A stretch of DNA of 64,000 nt from the human T2T-CHM13v2.0 reference genome, Homo sapiens, in the NCBI RefSeq assembly GCF_009914755.1, contig NC_060936.1. One strand, written 5' to 3'. Position numbers and translations under genes: made by a program. Under the pieces are notes generated by a model. It had not been told where the DNA came from and ran no database searches. It was given only the letters and a program-made list of their open reading frames with translations. This document shows, piece after piece, positions 40,970-64,000 of the stretch. Position 1 is the stretch's first letter. Every line of letters begins with the position of its first letter.

Positions 40970-41462
40970 CCCAGCGTCCCTGCCTCAGCAGGAGGAAAAG
41001 TTATGGGGAAAAAAGGAGGGAGGAAGAGCTATCACCACTCAGCTACCTCAACATTCATCTCCTTCCAAAACAGAGACCTTAGTTTATCTTCCTCCAATGC
41101 CCTGTTCCCAGCCAAAGGCAATGAGGAAACTCTCACAGAGCAGGTAGCACCCATCAGAGGGGGTCCAGTCATTATACAAGAAAATCCTCAGGGCATCCAG
41201 GGCATCCTGGCCATTTCTACAGCTAATACTTTTTCCTCTCATTTCTTGCCTTTTTGACCCCTCTTCTTCCTGCCTCTCCCTCTCCCTTTTACTTATGTCT
41301 ATGCACAAAAGGTAAATCGACCTATCAGACCACTAGCAAATGTCCTTCTGCATTCTGGGATAGTCCCATCTTGGCACTGTGACCCAACTCCTCTTTTGTT
41401 CTCATGCCAAAAAGTCCCTGGAAAGATCTACATCCCATAACAACTTAGAAAGAAGTCAAATA

Positions 41463-41745
<283 letters not shown>

Positions 41746-41810
41746 TCAAATAAAATAAGAGTGTCTCCTCCTATCTTCATCCTTAACAAGTAGCAGCTAA
41801 AGTAGAGCCT

Positions 41811-41990
41811 AAGCCATGTGTGGTGGCACATCCCTGTAGTCCCAGCTACTCGAGAGACTGAGGCAGGAGGATCTCTTGAACTCAGGAGTTTGAGGCTGTA
41901 GTGTGCTGTGCTCACACCTGTGAATAGCCACTGTCCTGTAGACTGGGCAACATTGTGAGACCCCATCTCTAAATAAACAAATAAATAAGT
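41811..41990 (+). mobile_element. FAM (fossil Alu monomer)
   Basis: Monomer retaining the 7SL-derived CCTGTGAATAGCCACTG segment. Confidence 0.75.
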
Positions 41991-42228
41991 AAAGTAGTAC
42001 CTAGCAAACAGCATATCCTCAATAACCACTTGGTGACAAATCAAGCAGTGAAGGAAGGAATGAATGTGGATCACCTGAAGTCTTTTCTCTTGCATGATCC
42101 CAGGAAATGGGAGGAGGGGAGTATCCCCCTCTAAAGTATAAGGGTCTTAAGAGAAAAACCTCTAATAGCTTCTGTATACCCAATATCTAGTACCTCCTGT
42201 CACCTAATAGGCTCTTAATTAGTGTTCA

Positions 42229-42897
<669 letters not shown>

Positions 42898-43613
42898 ATT
42901 TGATTTTATCTAATGCAATTCCTGTCTTCACAACAAGATAGGTGTCAGGGAAAAGTAGCAGGGAGGAGAAAGCAGGATAAGAGGAGAGAACAAAACTCTG
43001 TATTGCTGTGAACCATTTTGAGTCTTTCTCACACAGAGCTCAGTAAATGGTCTGCTCTCTGAGAGTCACTCCCTGGAGCCTACCCGCTTCCCAATTAGTC
43101 TGGATGACTTCAGACCTTTGCTTGGCTTAGAGCTTCATTTTAGGCCTAAGGGAAAGAGACAGAGGTAGAGAAAGCAGAACAGATGCTCAGCTGCCATGCT
43201 GCCTCCTATTCAGCTCTCAAGAAAGTTCTCAGGAAGAGAACAGCAGTTTCCTGTCCTGCTTCTACCCAAATGCCAAGAGAACTGCATCTATCAAGCCTGC
43301 TTCTATGTCCAAAGAAAAAGAAAAGTAATCATGTGAGGCGATGATATGTTAATGAGCTTGACTGTGGTGATCATTTAAGTGTATACATATAACAAAACAT
43401 CAAGTTGTACACCTTCAACATATACAATTTTTATTTGTAAAAAAGGAGGAGGAGGAGAAGGTGAAGAAGACTACTGGCATGTATGTCATGAAGCTGATCC
43501 AGCCATACCTCACTGGATAAAGGAGGCAGTGTATAGATTTATTGATTCATTTTCTCAAAAGAATTCTTAATTCAGTGGACACCATATTAGACATTGAAAT
43601 TTAAAAAATGTAC

Positions 43614-43898
<285 letters not shown>

Positions 43899-44439
43899 CT
43901 AGTGTGGGGAAAATAAGTACAGACTAGGAACAAGAGAGAGTTTGCCTGAGAATTCCAAATGCAGACCCCAAATGCCTTTGGTAGTGTTGCTTGTACCAAA
44001 GAACATGGCATTTTGTTTGTTTATTTGATTTAATACATGGATTATTTTACAACTCAACACACTACAATTGAACTGAATATAAACACAGAAAAACTGCTCT
44101 GTAGTACTAGTACAGAGTAGGCATCTATAAACATTTGTATCATAACCCACTGTAACAAATGAATAATTGAAAAAAAGAAAAAGATGTCTTTCCTGCCAGT
44201 TCCCTGGCTTCTATCTGTTCTTGATCTTCTGACCTCAGGCTGAGGTTCTCTCTACAGATAAATCTCTTACTGTCAATTCCTTCAGCAACGGCTCCTGAAG
44301 ATCATGAACTCATATACGGTGTACTTGCCCACACAGGTGAACTTTCCTGTCTTCTCTGTGGGATGAAGGCCAGGGCTGTGGAGCTGAGCAACAATGCGAA
44401 TGTCATTCTCAGCTCATTCAGAGTGTGACAAATTAAACT

Positions 44440-44620
44440 GTAGTTTGGAATGCTGGATTGTTAAAGCAGGAAGTGATCTCAGAAAACTATCTAGACCAAA
44501 ATCCTTATTCTAAGATGAGGAAACTGAGGCACAGAGAATGGAGATGACCTGCCCAGGTTCAGACCCTCAATAAGTAGCAGAAACAGATTTTAGGACCCAA
44601 ATTTCCTGATTCTTCTTCTT
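44440..44620 (-). mobile_element. MIR
   Basis: AGATGAGGAAACTGAGGCACAGAGA..GACCTGCCCAGG core. Confidence 0.75.
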
Positions 44621-45169
44621 TCACATATCCCATAATTATTTAAATGAATGAAGTTCTGCAAATATTCTCCTTAAAAACCAAGCACAGCACAAGAAGAAAT
44701 AATGGAGTGGAGGGTCCAAACCAAAAGGTCCCATTTTCTCAGATTCTTCAGCACCACTGTGCTGACTGTCAAGGTCCCTGTTCTCTCTCTGGTTTCCAGA
44801 GACAGGAAGGGTTCCCTTCACAGCTCCTCATGAAGGATAAAGAAATCCTTCAACAAGTCACCCATTTCAGATTCTTGGGTTCCCGTCCATGCTCTTCCTT
44901 TTCCCACCCCACATCTCCACTTGTCAAAATCCCACACAGACTTTAAAACCAGCCTAAATGCTCTCCCTTTCAGGAACCCTTTCTTGATTCCTTTTTCCCA
45001 ACATCCCCTCCAAAGATAAGTTATCTTTCCTTTTGTGAATGCCCAGCGCACATTTCTAACCTCTCTCATGATGCTTATAACTCTCTTCCTTATATTGTAA
45101 CTATTTATTAATGTTTATCTTGTCTTTCCCATTAGTCCTTGAGGGAAAAGGCTATTCAGCCAACTTTGT

Positions 45170-45469
<300 letters not shown>

Positions 45470-45716
45470 AGTGTTTAGCCAACTTTGGATCCGTCTACAG
45501 TTCCTTGAATAGATTAGGTGATCAATAAAAGTTTGTTGCATTGAGTTGGTACAGACAGTAACCTTCACCTTTCTATTGTAAATTCAGCCTACTTCTTCTT
45601 CAGTAGAGATGGAAGGTGGCTATGACCTATGGCTTCAGTGTCCACCTACTCATCCTATTTCTTCCCCTTCCCTCCAGGGGGAAAAAAATTACAGCCAGTG
45701 ACTTCAAAGTGGGACC

Positions 45717-45722
45717 TTTATT
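45717..45722 (-). terminator. LALBA polyadenylation signal AATAAA
   Basis: TTTATT on the + strand, ~250 nt past the LALBA stop codon. Confidence 0.85.
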
Positions 45723-45971
45723 CAAGACAGAGGTGAAATCTGTGCTGTAGTGAAAGTGCCATCGAAGGCACTGAGTAAGGGTCTAGAGCTCAGTGCACCA
45801 CTCAGGCATCCCTGGAAAATAGTCTTCAAGAATTCGGTGATGTCACTACAGGGCCCAAGGCTCAGAGACAGATAAGCTTTGGGGGAACAGAAAGAAACAA
45901 ACTGAGGTGGCATTAGGGAAGAGGTATTCCAGGAGTGTGGAGTGGGCAGGGGTGCCAAGGACAGCAGACAC

Positions 45972-48035
<2,064 letters not shown>

Positions 48036-48081
48036 TTTGGCTACCCCCAAGAACCTGAAATGGAAGCATCACTCAGTTTCA

Positions 48082-48091
48082 TTTATTTATA
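48082..48091 (-). promoter_or_regulatory. LALBA TATA box
   Basis: TATAAATAAA on the - strand, 21-30 nt upstream of the expected cap site (~48061, 26-nt 5'UTR). Confidence 0.85.
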
Positions 48092-48171
48092 TTCATGCAG
48101 AAAGCCTCAGGGGCTCTGGTACCAAGCCCTACATCTAGGAAGAGAATGAAGAGAGACTGGTCATGCCAAGA

Positions 48172-48201
48172 CAGAAACGCTGAGCCTGCCAGCTTCCTTC
48201 C
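48172..48201 (-). promoter_or_regulatory. Milk-box-like element of the LALBA promoter
   Basis: GGAAGGAAGCTGGCAGGCTCAGCGTTTCTG at about -111 to -140; resembles the element shared by casein and alpha-lactalbumin promoters (consensus recalled, not computed). Confidence 0.55.
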
Positions 48202-48338
48202 ATAATTCACCCTACTTTTCCTTTCCCTCTCCCAGTATCTAGTCCATAGCAGGTATTGTTCTCTGGCCAGAAAGAGTTCAAACCATGATCCTGCTTCCCA
48301 TTTGGCTTTGTTTAGCCCTTTGTTTCTTGTAGGGTTGG

Positions 48339-48347
48339 TTCTGGGAA
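48339..48347. promoter_or_regulatory. STAT5/GAS site upstream of LALBA
   Basis: TTCTGGGAA is a perfect TTCYNRGAA at about -280; prolactin-STAT5 control of milk protein genes is established. Confidence 0.6.
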
Positions 48348-48675
48348 GCACTGTCTCTGGTTACTTGAGGAACAAAGAAGGGCATGGGGGCAATATAAGA
48401 AGTGAGGCAATCAGAAAATACAATAAAGTTCTATACCGAGCTTCCCCCTTCCCCCCTAGAGACATGCAGAATGTGGAGAGGGGGTGTATGTCATCACATG
48501 CCACAGTCCCAGGATCAGAGCTGGCACTTGTCCAACCAATCCAGCCATGTAACAAGGCCCAGAATTAGTTCTTTAATATGGTAGCTCATGACTGAAGGCT
48601 CAGAAATAGGAATAGAATATGGGAACGTAGACTACAACAATCCGATATAACTTGGATCTTAAGACTTCCTACTTA

Positions 48676-49068
<393 letters not shown>

Positions 49069-49384
49069 CTACCGTAAATAACCAAATACTACACTGGCAT
49101 TGAGACATTACATAAATCTAAGACCAATAACTTGTAGACAACCTCAGAGTTGGCCACAGAAAGTGGGAAGGACCCAAGCCAGTGGAAAGATTGGACTTTA
49201 AGGCTGAACAAGCTTATGTCTGGAATCTCTATAAGGTCAGTGCCCCTGAGCAAGTAGAGTTGAGGATACTAGTTCTGAATAGCTCCTTTAATTTGCTGGC
49301 ATGAAGCTTCATGTCATGGTGACAAGTAGCTCTTAGCTCCTTCATGCCACCATTCGTCTTCTTTGTCCTCATCTCTAAACCTGA

Positions 49385-49749
<365 letters not shown>

Positions 49750-50884
49750 TAAGACTTACATACTGAAGGTCTTCCATATCGTTATCTCCTACATGTATTC
49801 AGAGTCAGGGAAAAGTCCTCTCAGTTAAATCCTGTCTTCTGTACCATGGATAACCAGTATATGAAGTGGCATGAGTGAAGGGAATGTGGAGGATCTTGGT
49901 GTGCCAGAAGGGATGAGCAGAAAGTTCTGATAGCAAGAGATACATGTTCAGAAACACAACAGAAGTGGAGCCACTCCATTTCTCCGCATTCCACCCAGAG
50001 GCACTGCAAGGGTACACGACAGGAATGGGAATTCTATCACTCTAAGCTTTGTTGAGAATATGGCTGAGAGTGACCTTGAACCATGTGTGAGAGGGAAAGA
50101 TAAGAAAAGCTAGTCCTGAGGACTAGTCCTTCCAATAGTGGAGTCTTGTGTAAAATGCCTCCTGCCCTAGGCTATTGACTAAGTACCTGTGATAGAGTAA
50201 AAGGGTGGGCCAGGGTCTCAAGAATCACAGGGGTTTTCTACACTTTCAGCCAAGTCAAGACCTAAGGCAGCTGCCTGCTTGCCTATCATTTGATTATACC
50301 TTGGCCCTTCCCTATAAGCAATAAAAATAAGCATACAGGTCAGGAATCACAACTAAGTGCAGAAAAGAAAATAAACATGTCTCCGGCAAAAGGAACCATT
50401 ATTTCCCTATAAATGTTCTTAAAATAGGATACGTGGGGGTCATCTGAAAAAGAAGATAGAAAGTGTCTAATGGGAACAACTGCAAACATCCAGAGAAAGA
50501 TGCAGCCTCTTGGAGATTGTCCAAAGGAGAACAATACACAATGATCGCAGCACTGAAAGAGGAAGTATGTGGAAAGACATTAAGCACAGCTCGTGGAAGA
50601 AAGCTCCTGCTCAACAATTCCTGTCCAGGAAGAAACCTCCTCCAAAATCTCCCTTTCCAGAGAGGTTTACTCAGGGTGCTCTGCATGGAGGTCGAGAGCT
50701 GAATCAAGATGGTGAAGAGGCATTTACAATACACTTACCTAGATTTTGTTAGAAATAGACTAGAAAATTATGTTCATTCTCTCAGATGCTGTGGGGAAAT
50801 ATCCAGGTTTCTAAAACCAGAAATCACCTTTTTGAAGATGAACAAAATAAAAATTTTATTTCTAAAAGTAAATTTCTTTATTTA

Positions 50885-51320
<436 letters not shown>

Positions 51321-51323
51321 CTA

Positions 51324-51682
<359 letters not shown>

Positions 51683-52418
51683 TACACTTATATCCTCATC
51701 TTGTTCTACTTTCTCTCATAATTCAGGAAAATTATCACTAGGTAGACAATGATGCTAGATCTTGAAACCCAAATTTCATGAAAATGTTTAACCAAATTAA
51801 AGAGTTAATTAAAGTAATTAAGATTTAGAAAGGGAGTGATTTTTTATTGGCATTTTTCTTTTTCAGCTGCTTGTCCAAAAGTCCTTACAAAGTTACTCAG
51901 CATTATAGATTCACATTCTATATCCCACACCAAAGGCCTGCTTGCAATTTATATGGGCTTATTTTGGATTGCTATATTTGCATTACTATTTATATCACTG
52001 CTTTTATACTTAAATGAACCATTGATTCATTTGTGTGAATTGGGGATAGTATCAACCAAAAAATGCAAGCATGGAAATATAAATTATAACACAAAAATGA
52101 TTTTAAAAGATACTAAAATAAATTTTACCTTTTTAACTGAATATTAGCTAAAACAAACCGATACACATGTAATTACCAAGAAGCTAAAAAAATTTCTATG
52201 CAAATTTTAATTGATTTTTCATTTTTAATTTATAAAATGTTTATTTTTAAATAAACATATTTACATAATTTTACATCAACACCTTTGATAGAATCTTACA
52301 TCCTATTTTTTGTGAACATGGTAGTTTTTCCTTTCCTTTTAGGAATGGCTTCCCTTTCTTCCTCCTCATTTCTTCCTTGCCAAACATCATCCTGGCAACT
52401 CATATTAACAATCTACCA

Positions 52419-52531
52419 CCGCATTCCCCATAAAGTATTTATTTCACATTGCATGCCTGTATCAAAACATTTTATGTACCCCATAAATATACACAGCTAT
52501 GATGTACCCACCAAAATTTAAAAAACAAAAA
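52419..52531 (+). mobile_element. Short 3' end of an older L1 (L1PB/L1MA-like) with A-rich tail
   Basis: TCACATTGCATGCCTGTATCAAAACAT..ATGTACCCCATAAATATACAC..ATGTACCCAC..AAAATTTAAAAAAC. Confidence 0.7.
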
Positions 52532-56520
<3,989 letters not shown>

Positions 56521-56795
56521 ATCTACCATATGTTAGTCCATATTTTTATCAATTGTTGTATTTATATAAACATATTTTTTTGCTATTCATTTTAAATTTT
56601 TAATCCATCTGCAATTCTGTCTGGGTTTTGTCTTCTCTTCAACTTATCATATTTGCCTATTCTGACACAAATACCTTATTGATTTCATTGCGGCAGCTTT
56701 TCGCTATGTTCTGTTGTCTGATATCACAAGTCTTCCTTGTTATCCTCTTTTTAAAAAAAGATTAATTAAACTGTTTATTTTCACAAGTAATTTAA

Positions 56796-57082
56796 GGCTG
56801 GGAGGAGTGGCTCATGCCTGTAATCCCAGCACTTTGGGAGGCCGAGGTAGATGGATCACATGAGGTCAGGAGTTTGAGACCAGCCTGACTAACATGGCGA
56901 AACCCCGTCTCTACTAAAAATACAAAAATCAGCCAGGCGTGGTGGCACACACCTGTAATGCCAGCTACTCGGGCAGGAGAATGGCTTGAAACAGGAGGCA
57001 GAGGTTGCAGTGAGGCGAGATCGTGCCATTGCACTGGGCAACAAAGAGAGACTCTGTCTCAAATAAAAAAAGGAAAAAAAAG
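56796..57082 (+). mobile_element. AluS
   Basis: Alu consensus. Confidence 0.9.
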
Positions 57083-58003
57083 TCATTTAAACTTACAGAA
57101 AAGTTGTAAAATATTATCATAAGCTCACATGTATCTTTCCTATCTACCCACTCACTGTTAATGTTTTGCCACATTTGCATGTTCTGTCTCATAAACCTAT
57201 TCCAATTTATTCTTTCATGAAATTTTTAATATATTTTAATCAATTTTCACCAAAAGTCTGTTGAGATTTGAATTGAGATTACAATATACATAATCATGCA
57301 GTCAATATACATAATAATTTTTGGAAAACTAACTTTTTATAATATTACATTTTAAATCTCAGGATATATGTAGTTTTCCTTTGTTCAGATCTTATTTTAT
57401 ACACTTCAGTAAGATTTTATAGTGTTCTTCATATGATTCAGTGCCTTTTTTATTAAATTTTTTTCTAAATATTTGGCACTTTTCATTGTTAATGTGAATG
57501 AGATATTTTTCTCTTTCCACTTCTAAGTGCTTATAAATAGTACAGAGGACAGATACTTTTTGCAAATGTATCTTCTACACAGCCATCTTGCCAAAATATT
57601 ATAAATTCTAGTATTTTTTCACTGGCATTTTGGGGTTTCTAGGTTTATAATCCTATCATCCCCGAAAGTGATAGGTAGGCTCTTTCTTTTAATTATTTGC
57701 CTTCTAGCAAACGGAAGCCACCACAAAAGCTATCTGCCTCTGCCATAGCTCAGGGCATAAAATAATTAACAACAACAATAATAGTAATATTCTCCCATAA
57801 GAGTGTAAAATCATTGGCCTGTTCTCACTCAGGCCTGAAGTTCATGCTAACATAACCACATCTAGTCAAGGAAATTCCAAGCTGAGAAAATAAACTAAAT
57901 TGAGATGTGGAAGAAGCATAAGCAATCCTCCTCGGAGGTCCTTGAAATTTCCACAGATTAAGTTAACTAACTAGGAGCTCAGAAAACAATACCAAACACA
58001 TCA

Positions 58004-58290
58004 ACCAGATGCATTGACTCACGCCTGTAATCCCAGTGCTTTGGGAGGCCAAGGCAGGAGGATTGCTTGAGGCCAGCAGTTAAAGACCAACCTGGACAAC
58101 ATAGTGAGACCCCATCCTTATTTCCCCAAAATCTAAAAGTTAGCCAGGCGTGGTGGCAAGTGCTTGTAGCCCCAGCTACTCAGGAGGTTGATATGAGAGG
58201 ATCATTTGAGCCCAGGTTACAGTGAGCCATGATCATGCTACTGCACTCCAGCCTGGGCAACAGAGTGAAACTCTGTCCCTAAAAAGAAAA
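58004..58290 (+). mobile_element. AluJ-like
   Basis: Diverged Alu; TSD-like TACCAAACACA on both sides. Confidence 0.85.
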
Positions 58291-59132
58291 TTACCAAACA
58301 CAAAATGAACTATTATGAATGCAAGTGAGGAGAACCAACTCCCCTCCACTGAAAAGAGCCACCTTGCCCAAGGGACACATTTACTTCCCAGAAGCAGTTC
58401 ACATCCAGTGGCTGGTTGATGTGGATAGAGAAGCTTGGCCCCTTTGCCTCAATGGAGGACAATTTTTCACAGCCATCCCAGTTCCAGAGGCTCTTATGAA
58501 ATCAGCTGAAGCTTTGTTATGACTATATCACAATTCACCTTCTTCTGGCCAATCCTGCTTTCTTCAATCTTTCACCTCACAGGTGTTGAGACCACGCGCA
58601 TTTCCCAGTAAACTTCCTGCACGCAAATCTCCATCTCAGAGTCTGTTACCCAGGAAACCTGACCTAAAACAGTTGGTGTCAGAAGTAGTTCAAGGCAGCA
58701 AGCTCTAAAATGAGATTTGGAAACCCTGTGGAAATGGGCTGCCATTCTCCCTGACAGTAACATGACCATGGTATGGTGCTGTCTCTGATACATAGAATAC
58801 ATGAACCTGGGAACCCAGGAGTAGACATAAAACTGCCCTGTTCACCGTCACTCCTAGTGACCTATTTTGGGAATCTGTACTTCCTGTCCCTGTCACGTTG
58901 AGCTCTATAGCTAAGAGATATTAGTTCTCAGTTCTAGGAAACGTAGTGGGTGTCCCATTAAACTTTAAGCTACAGCTGCAGCTTCACGTTTCTCATGCTA
59001 AGAGACTAACAAGCATGAAAGACTCACTATCCCGGAAGGGATGACTAACCCTAATCATCAAAATTAGCGATGAAGAATATGTTTGGCATCCAGGTGATCC
59101 ATTGTGGTGTCTCTTGGCACTTCCTTGCCCAA

Positions 59133-59743
<611 letters not shown>

Positions 59744-59964
59744 CAACTTTTATTGTAAATTATAAACTCAGCAATTACAACCTGAGAAGGGAAAGGTAAC
59801 CAGGCTTTCAGAACTTTAAGGATGAAGATCTGAGTCAGACCACAAGGTAAGCCACTAGACTAGCAGCAATACCACTCTAGAATAAGAGGAATCTAGAATG
59901 AGTAGTAAGGGACAGGTGCAGCCTAGAGACCAGTTGCAGCAGTGGGAGCTGTAATTAATTCCAC

Positions 59965-60650
<686 letters not shown>

Positions 60651-61299
60651 CCACTAAACTTCTTTCAATTTTCCCCATGAAAAGACATCACCAAAATCCT
60701 GAAAGAGCTACTCCCAGAGCATATGCAAAGCAAGTGGGTCCAAGCAGCACACAAATGGATTCCAGTGGATGCTACAGTGCACCAACCAGATTCCCTCCAC
60801 CCCTTTCAGGATTAAAGCAGTGGTTCCCCCAGCTGCTAGGAGAGCTATCTGCTGATAGCACTCAGGTGAATCCCAATCTGAAAATTATTCTCAAAAGGAG
60901 AGCCCCTTTGCCTCAGTGAGAGACAAGTCTGCAGGGCCATTTCAGCTCCACAACTCCCCACAAGATTGGCTGAGCACTTTGTTGTGACTGCACCAGAGCA
61001 CAGCTTGTCCCTGTCACCAGTCCTACTTCCTTCAGCCTCCCACCACCCCACCCCACAAACACACACAGATGTTGATTCCAAAACCACTGTCCAATCAACT
61101 TGTACACCAGTCTCCATCGCAGAATGTTTCTCAGGGGAGCCTGACCTGTGACAAAAGATAATCACTGCTTTGTGGAGTTAGATATTCAAAATTAAAATGA
61201 TGGAAAATAGAAGCATGTAAGTTGGGCAATATTTAGAGTGAAAGTTTCCTAAGGCCTTGCATTCTATAGGGAAATAGTAAAGATAGTAATTCACTTCAG

Positions 61300-61890
61300 A
61301 GTTTATTAAAAGTGCATTATCAAAATTTTCAGGTAAACTAGTAAAATAATAGAAAAACAAAGATTCCAAACCCATATAGAAACAAAATAGAATAAGAAAA
61401 TAACAAACAAAAAATAGGACTAAAATATCACAAAAGAACTAAAAAACAATAACAGAAAGGTATCTGGAAAATCCCCCCCAAATATTGGGAAGTTAAAGGA
61501 CATACTTCTAAATAACTAATTGTCAAGGAGGAAACCTCAAGGGAAATTAAGAAATATTTTAAGTGGAATGAAAATGAAAATATAACATATCAAAATTTGT
61601 GGGCTGCAGCTAAGGTAGTGCTTAAAAGGAAATTTATAACATTAAATGCCTATATTAAAGAAGAAAAGTATCAAATTAGAAATCTAAGCTTCTACCTTAG
61701 GAAACTAGAAAAAAAGAAGAGAAAATTGAACTCAAAGCAAGGGATTAATCTCTCAATAATTGATAAGACAAGATCAAACCAGTCAGTATAAGATTTTAAC
61801 AATACAATTAATAAATTTGACCTAATAGATGTATATACAACATTATATCAAATAACTGCAGAATATACATTTTTATAATACAACCAGGAC
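61300..61890 (+). mobile_element. Old L1M ORF2 fragments
   Basis: QNLWAAAKVVLKRKFITLNAYIKEEK-like peptide; A-rich. Confidence 0.6.
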
Positions 61891-62087
61891 ATTAGAAATT
61901 GTGAACTTAGCAATGTTTCAGACTTAACATCAGTGACTCCATCTTAGGCTACCGACTCCATGTTGAACTGTTTGATGAATGTTGAGACCCACAAAGGAAC
62001 TATGAAACACATTTCCTTCACAAACAACCATACTCTTAACAATATACAAGACAAGGAAACTGGTCCTTATCTTTAGGAACACTCTAT

Positions 62088-63630
62088 ATGAAATCACCTT
62101 TGCAAAAATTATGACAGTGAGAGAAATCTTACATAGCTGACTCCATCCTGCTTCTAACCTTACAAGGTGTCTTTATTCATTCCCGGTGTAGGCCAAGCTA
62201 ACTATGGGAGCTAAATATATATCCCTAAATGCAGAGGATATTTAAAAAGAAAAGCTGAAAATTATAGTCTAACTTTAGAGACACACGCACAGAGAGAGAG
62301 AGAGAGGCTTGCTCTGTCACCCAGGCTTGAGTACTGTGGCACAATCACTGCTCACTGCAGCCTTGACCTCCCGGGCTCAAGTAGTCCTCCCACCTCAGCC
62401 TCCTGAGTAGCTGGGACCACAAATGCGTGCCATCATACCCAACTAATTTTTTTTATTTTTTGTAGAGACGAGGGCTCACTGTGTTACCCAAGCTGGGCTC
62501 AAACTCCTGGGCTCAAGAGATCTTCCTGCCTCAGTGATAGTGGATGGTTTTGTTATTAGGCATACAAACATCAGAACTCTTTCTGACAACTTTCACACCA
62601 CTAAACTTCTTTTAAGTTTCCCCATGGAAAAAAAAAAAAAAAAACATCACCAGGGCCAAGCATAGTGGCTCATGCCTGTAATCCCAGCACTTGGGAGGCT
62701 GAGGCGGGCAGATCACTTGAGGTCAGGAGTTCAAGACCAGCCTGGCCAACATGGTGAAACCTCATCTCTACTAAAAATACAAAAATTAGTCGGGTGTGGT
62801 GGTGTGTACCTGTAATCCCAGCTACTCAGGAGACTGAGGCAGGAGAATCACTTGAACCCGGAGGCGGAGGTTTCACTGAGCCAAGATCACACCACTGCAC
62901 TCCAGATTGGGTGACAAAGCAAGACTCCGCTTAAAAAAAAAAAAAATCACCAAAATTCTAGAGGAGCTGCTCCCAGAACCTATACAAAGCAAGAGAATCC
63001 AAGCAGCAGATATAATCCCAAAGTGCTGGGATTACAGGTGTGAGCATCACACCTGGCCTATGGTTTAACTTTAAAGCAAAGATGATAACAACCCCTTCCC
63101 AAAACTAACCCACTCCTTGCTTGGGGACCGAAACCACCTGTATAAAACTAACAAACTGGCTGCAAGGTTAGAATTATGGTTCAGGAGTCATGTAGCTGGA
63201 GGTCACAAGATGTAACCTCCCCAATTGCTCCAATAGGTAACATCATTAAAACTGGTGTTTGAGGTATTTTTCAGACCTTGCATTCTAATGGACCAGCTGG
63301 AACCACCCAAACTGGTAACCTATACCAAGAAACTGACTCAACTAGTCCTGTGACCTCCACCCAGGAACTAACTCAGTGCAAGGAGACAGCTTCAACCCCC
63401 TGTGATTTCACCCCTGACTCAACCAACAAGCCTTCTCCATTCCCTAACCCCCTGCCTACCAAACTATCCCTGAAAATCCCTCCCCTCTAAATTCTCAGGG
63501 AGGCAGATTTGAGAATTATCTCTTGTCCTTCTCACTTGGCTGGCTCTGGGATTATTAACCTCTTTGATGCAACACCTGTTGTTCTCAGTGCATTGACTTT
63601 TCTAGGCAAAAAGAGATCATCAGGCTGTAG
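62088..63630 (+). mobile_element. LTR8/LTR8A solo LTR nested in another ERV1 LTR (~61900-63880), interrupted by Alus
   Basis: Starts TGAAATCACCTTTGCAAAAATTATGACAGTGAGAG..GACTCCATC.TGCTTCTAACCT; later CCAGGAACTAACTCAGTGCAAG.AGACAGCTTC. Confidence 0.75.
62280..63058 (-). mobile_element. AluJ (-) split by a duplicated local segment that itself contains an AluS (+, 62654-62945)
   Basis: AluJ breaks after CCTGCCTCAG (62534) and resumes TCCCAAAGTGCTGGG (63016); TSD-like TAT.GT.TAACTTT on both sides. Confidence 0.85.
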
Positions 63631-64000
63631 CATGCATATAGGTTTTTCCTAACTGATGCAAATGCACCCTTCTAATAATGGTTAAAGACTTCTTTGCTTA
63701 ATCCACCAATAAAATAATTTGACAATTTATGTAATCTAAATGAATTCCTATAAATGTGAACCTCCTCACCCCTCTCAGGTGACACAGCCTCTAACTGCTA
63801 CCTGGGCTACAACCCTCATTTTAGAGTAAATGCTTATTTGCCTCTGACCTGTTGATTCCTCTTTTTTTTTTTTAAGGGGTAATGAAATATTCAGAATAAC
63901 ACAGCAGTTAAAACAGGATATATAAGAAAATATATAGTCCTAAATGCAGAGGATCCTAAAAAAGAAACTCTGAAAGTTAATGAGCTAAGTACCCATCTCA

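Noticed and set aside
50340-50760. Cluster of overlapping 64-111-aa ORFs upstream of LALBA
   Set aside because: No recognisable protein family and mostly non-ATG starts; cannot support coding.

Overview
Hominid (almost certainly human) genomic DNA matching the chr12q13.11 OR8S1 - OR5BS1(P) - LALBA neighbourhood; this assignment comes from recognising the proteins, not from a search. Genes: intronless olfactory receptor OR8S1 (+, 3649-4587); a second olfactory receptor (probably OR5BS1/OR5BS1P) whose CDS is split after TM6 by a 2140-nt GT-AG intron and splices to a complete 311-aa receptor (+, 37894-38666 and 40807-40969); the complete 4-exon alpha-lactalbumin gene LALBA (-, CDS 45972-48035); and a degraded BOD1 processed pseudogene (~6060-7527). 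Most of the rest is transposable elements: about 30 Alus, a full-length L1PA with an SVA inside it (itself inserted in an LTR9-type provirus), a 5'-inverted L1PA, older L1s (one carrying a piggyBac MER75), ERVL/ERV1 LTRs, Tigger4 and MIRs. The most interesting observations are (1) the OR coding intron is bounded by an AGGTAT direct repeat, a candidate mammalian intron-gain scar, and the split receptor has better-preserved OR motifs than neighbouring OR8S1; (2) a 259-bp TGT...ACA element with 90-bp terminal inverted repeats and a 5-bp target-site duplication that I cannot assign to a family; (3) several short local templated insertions. Repeat subfamily names are from memory of consensus sequences, and repeat boundaries are approximate unless a TSD is quoted.
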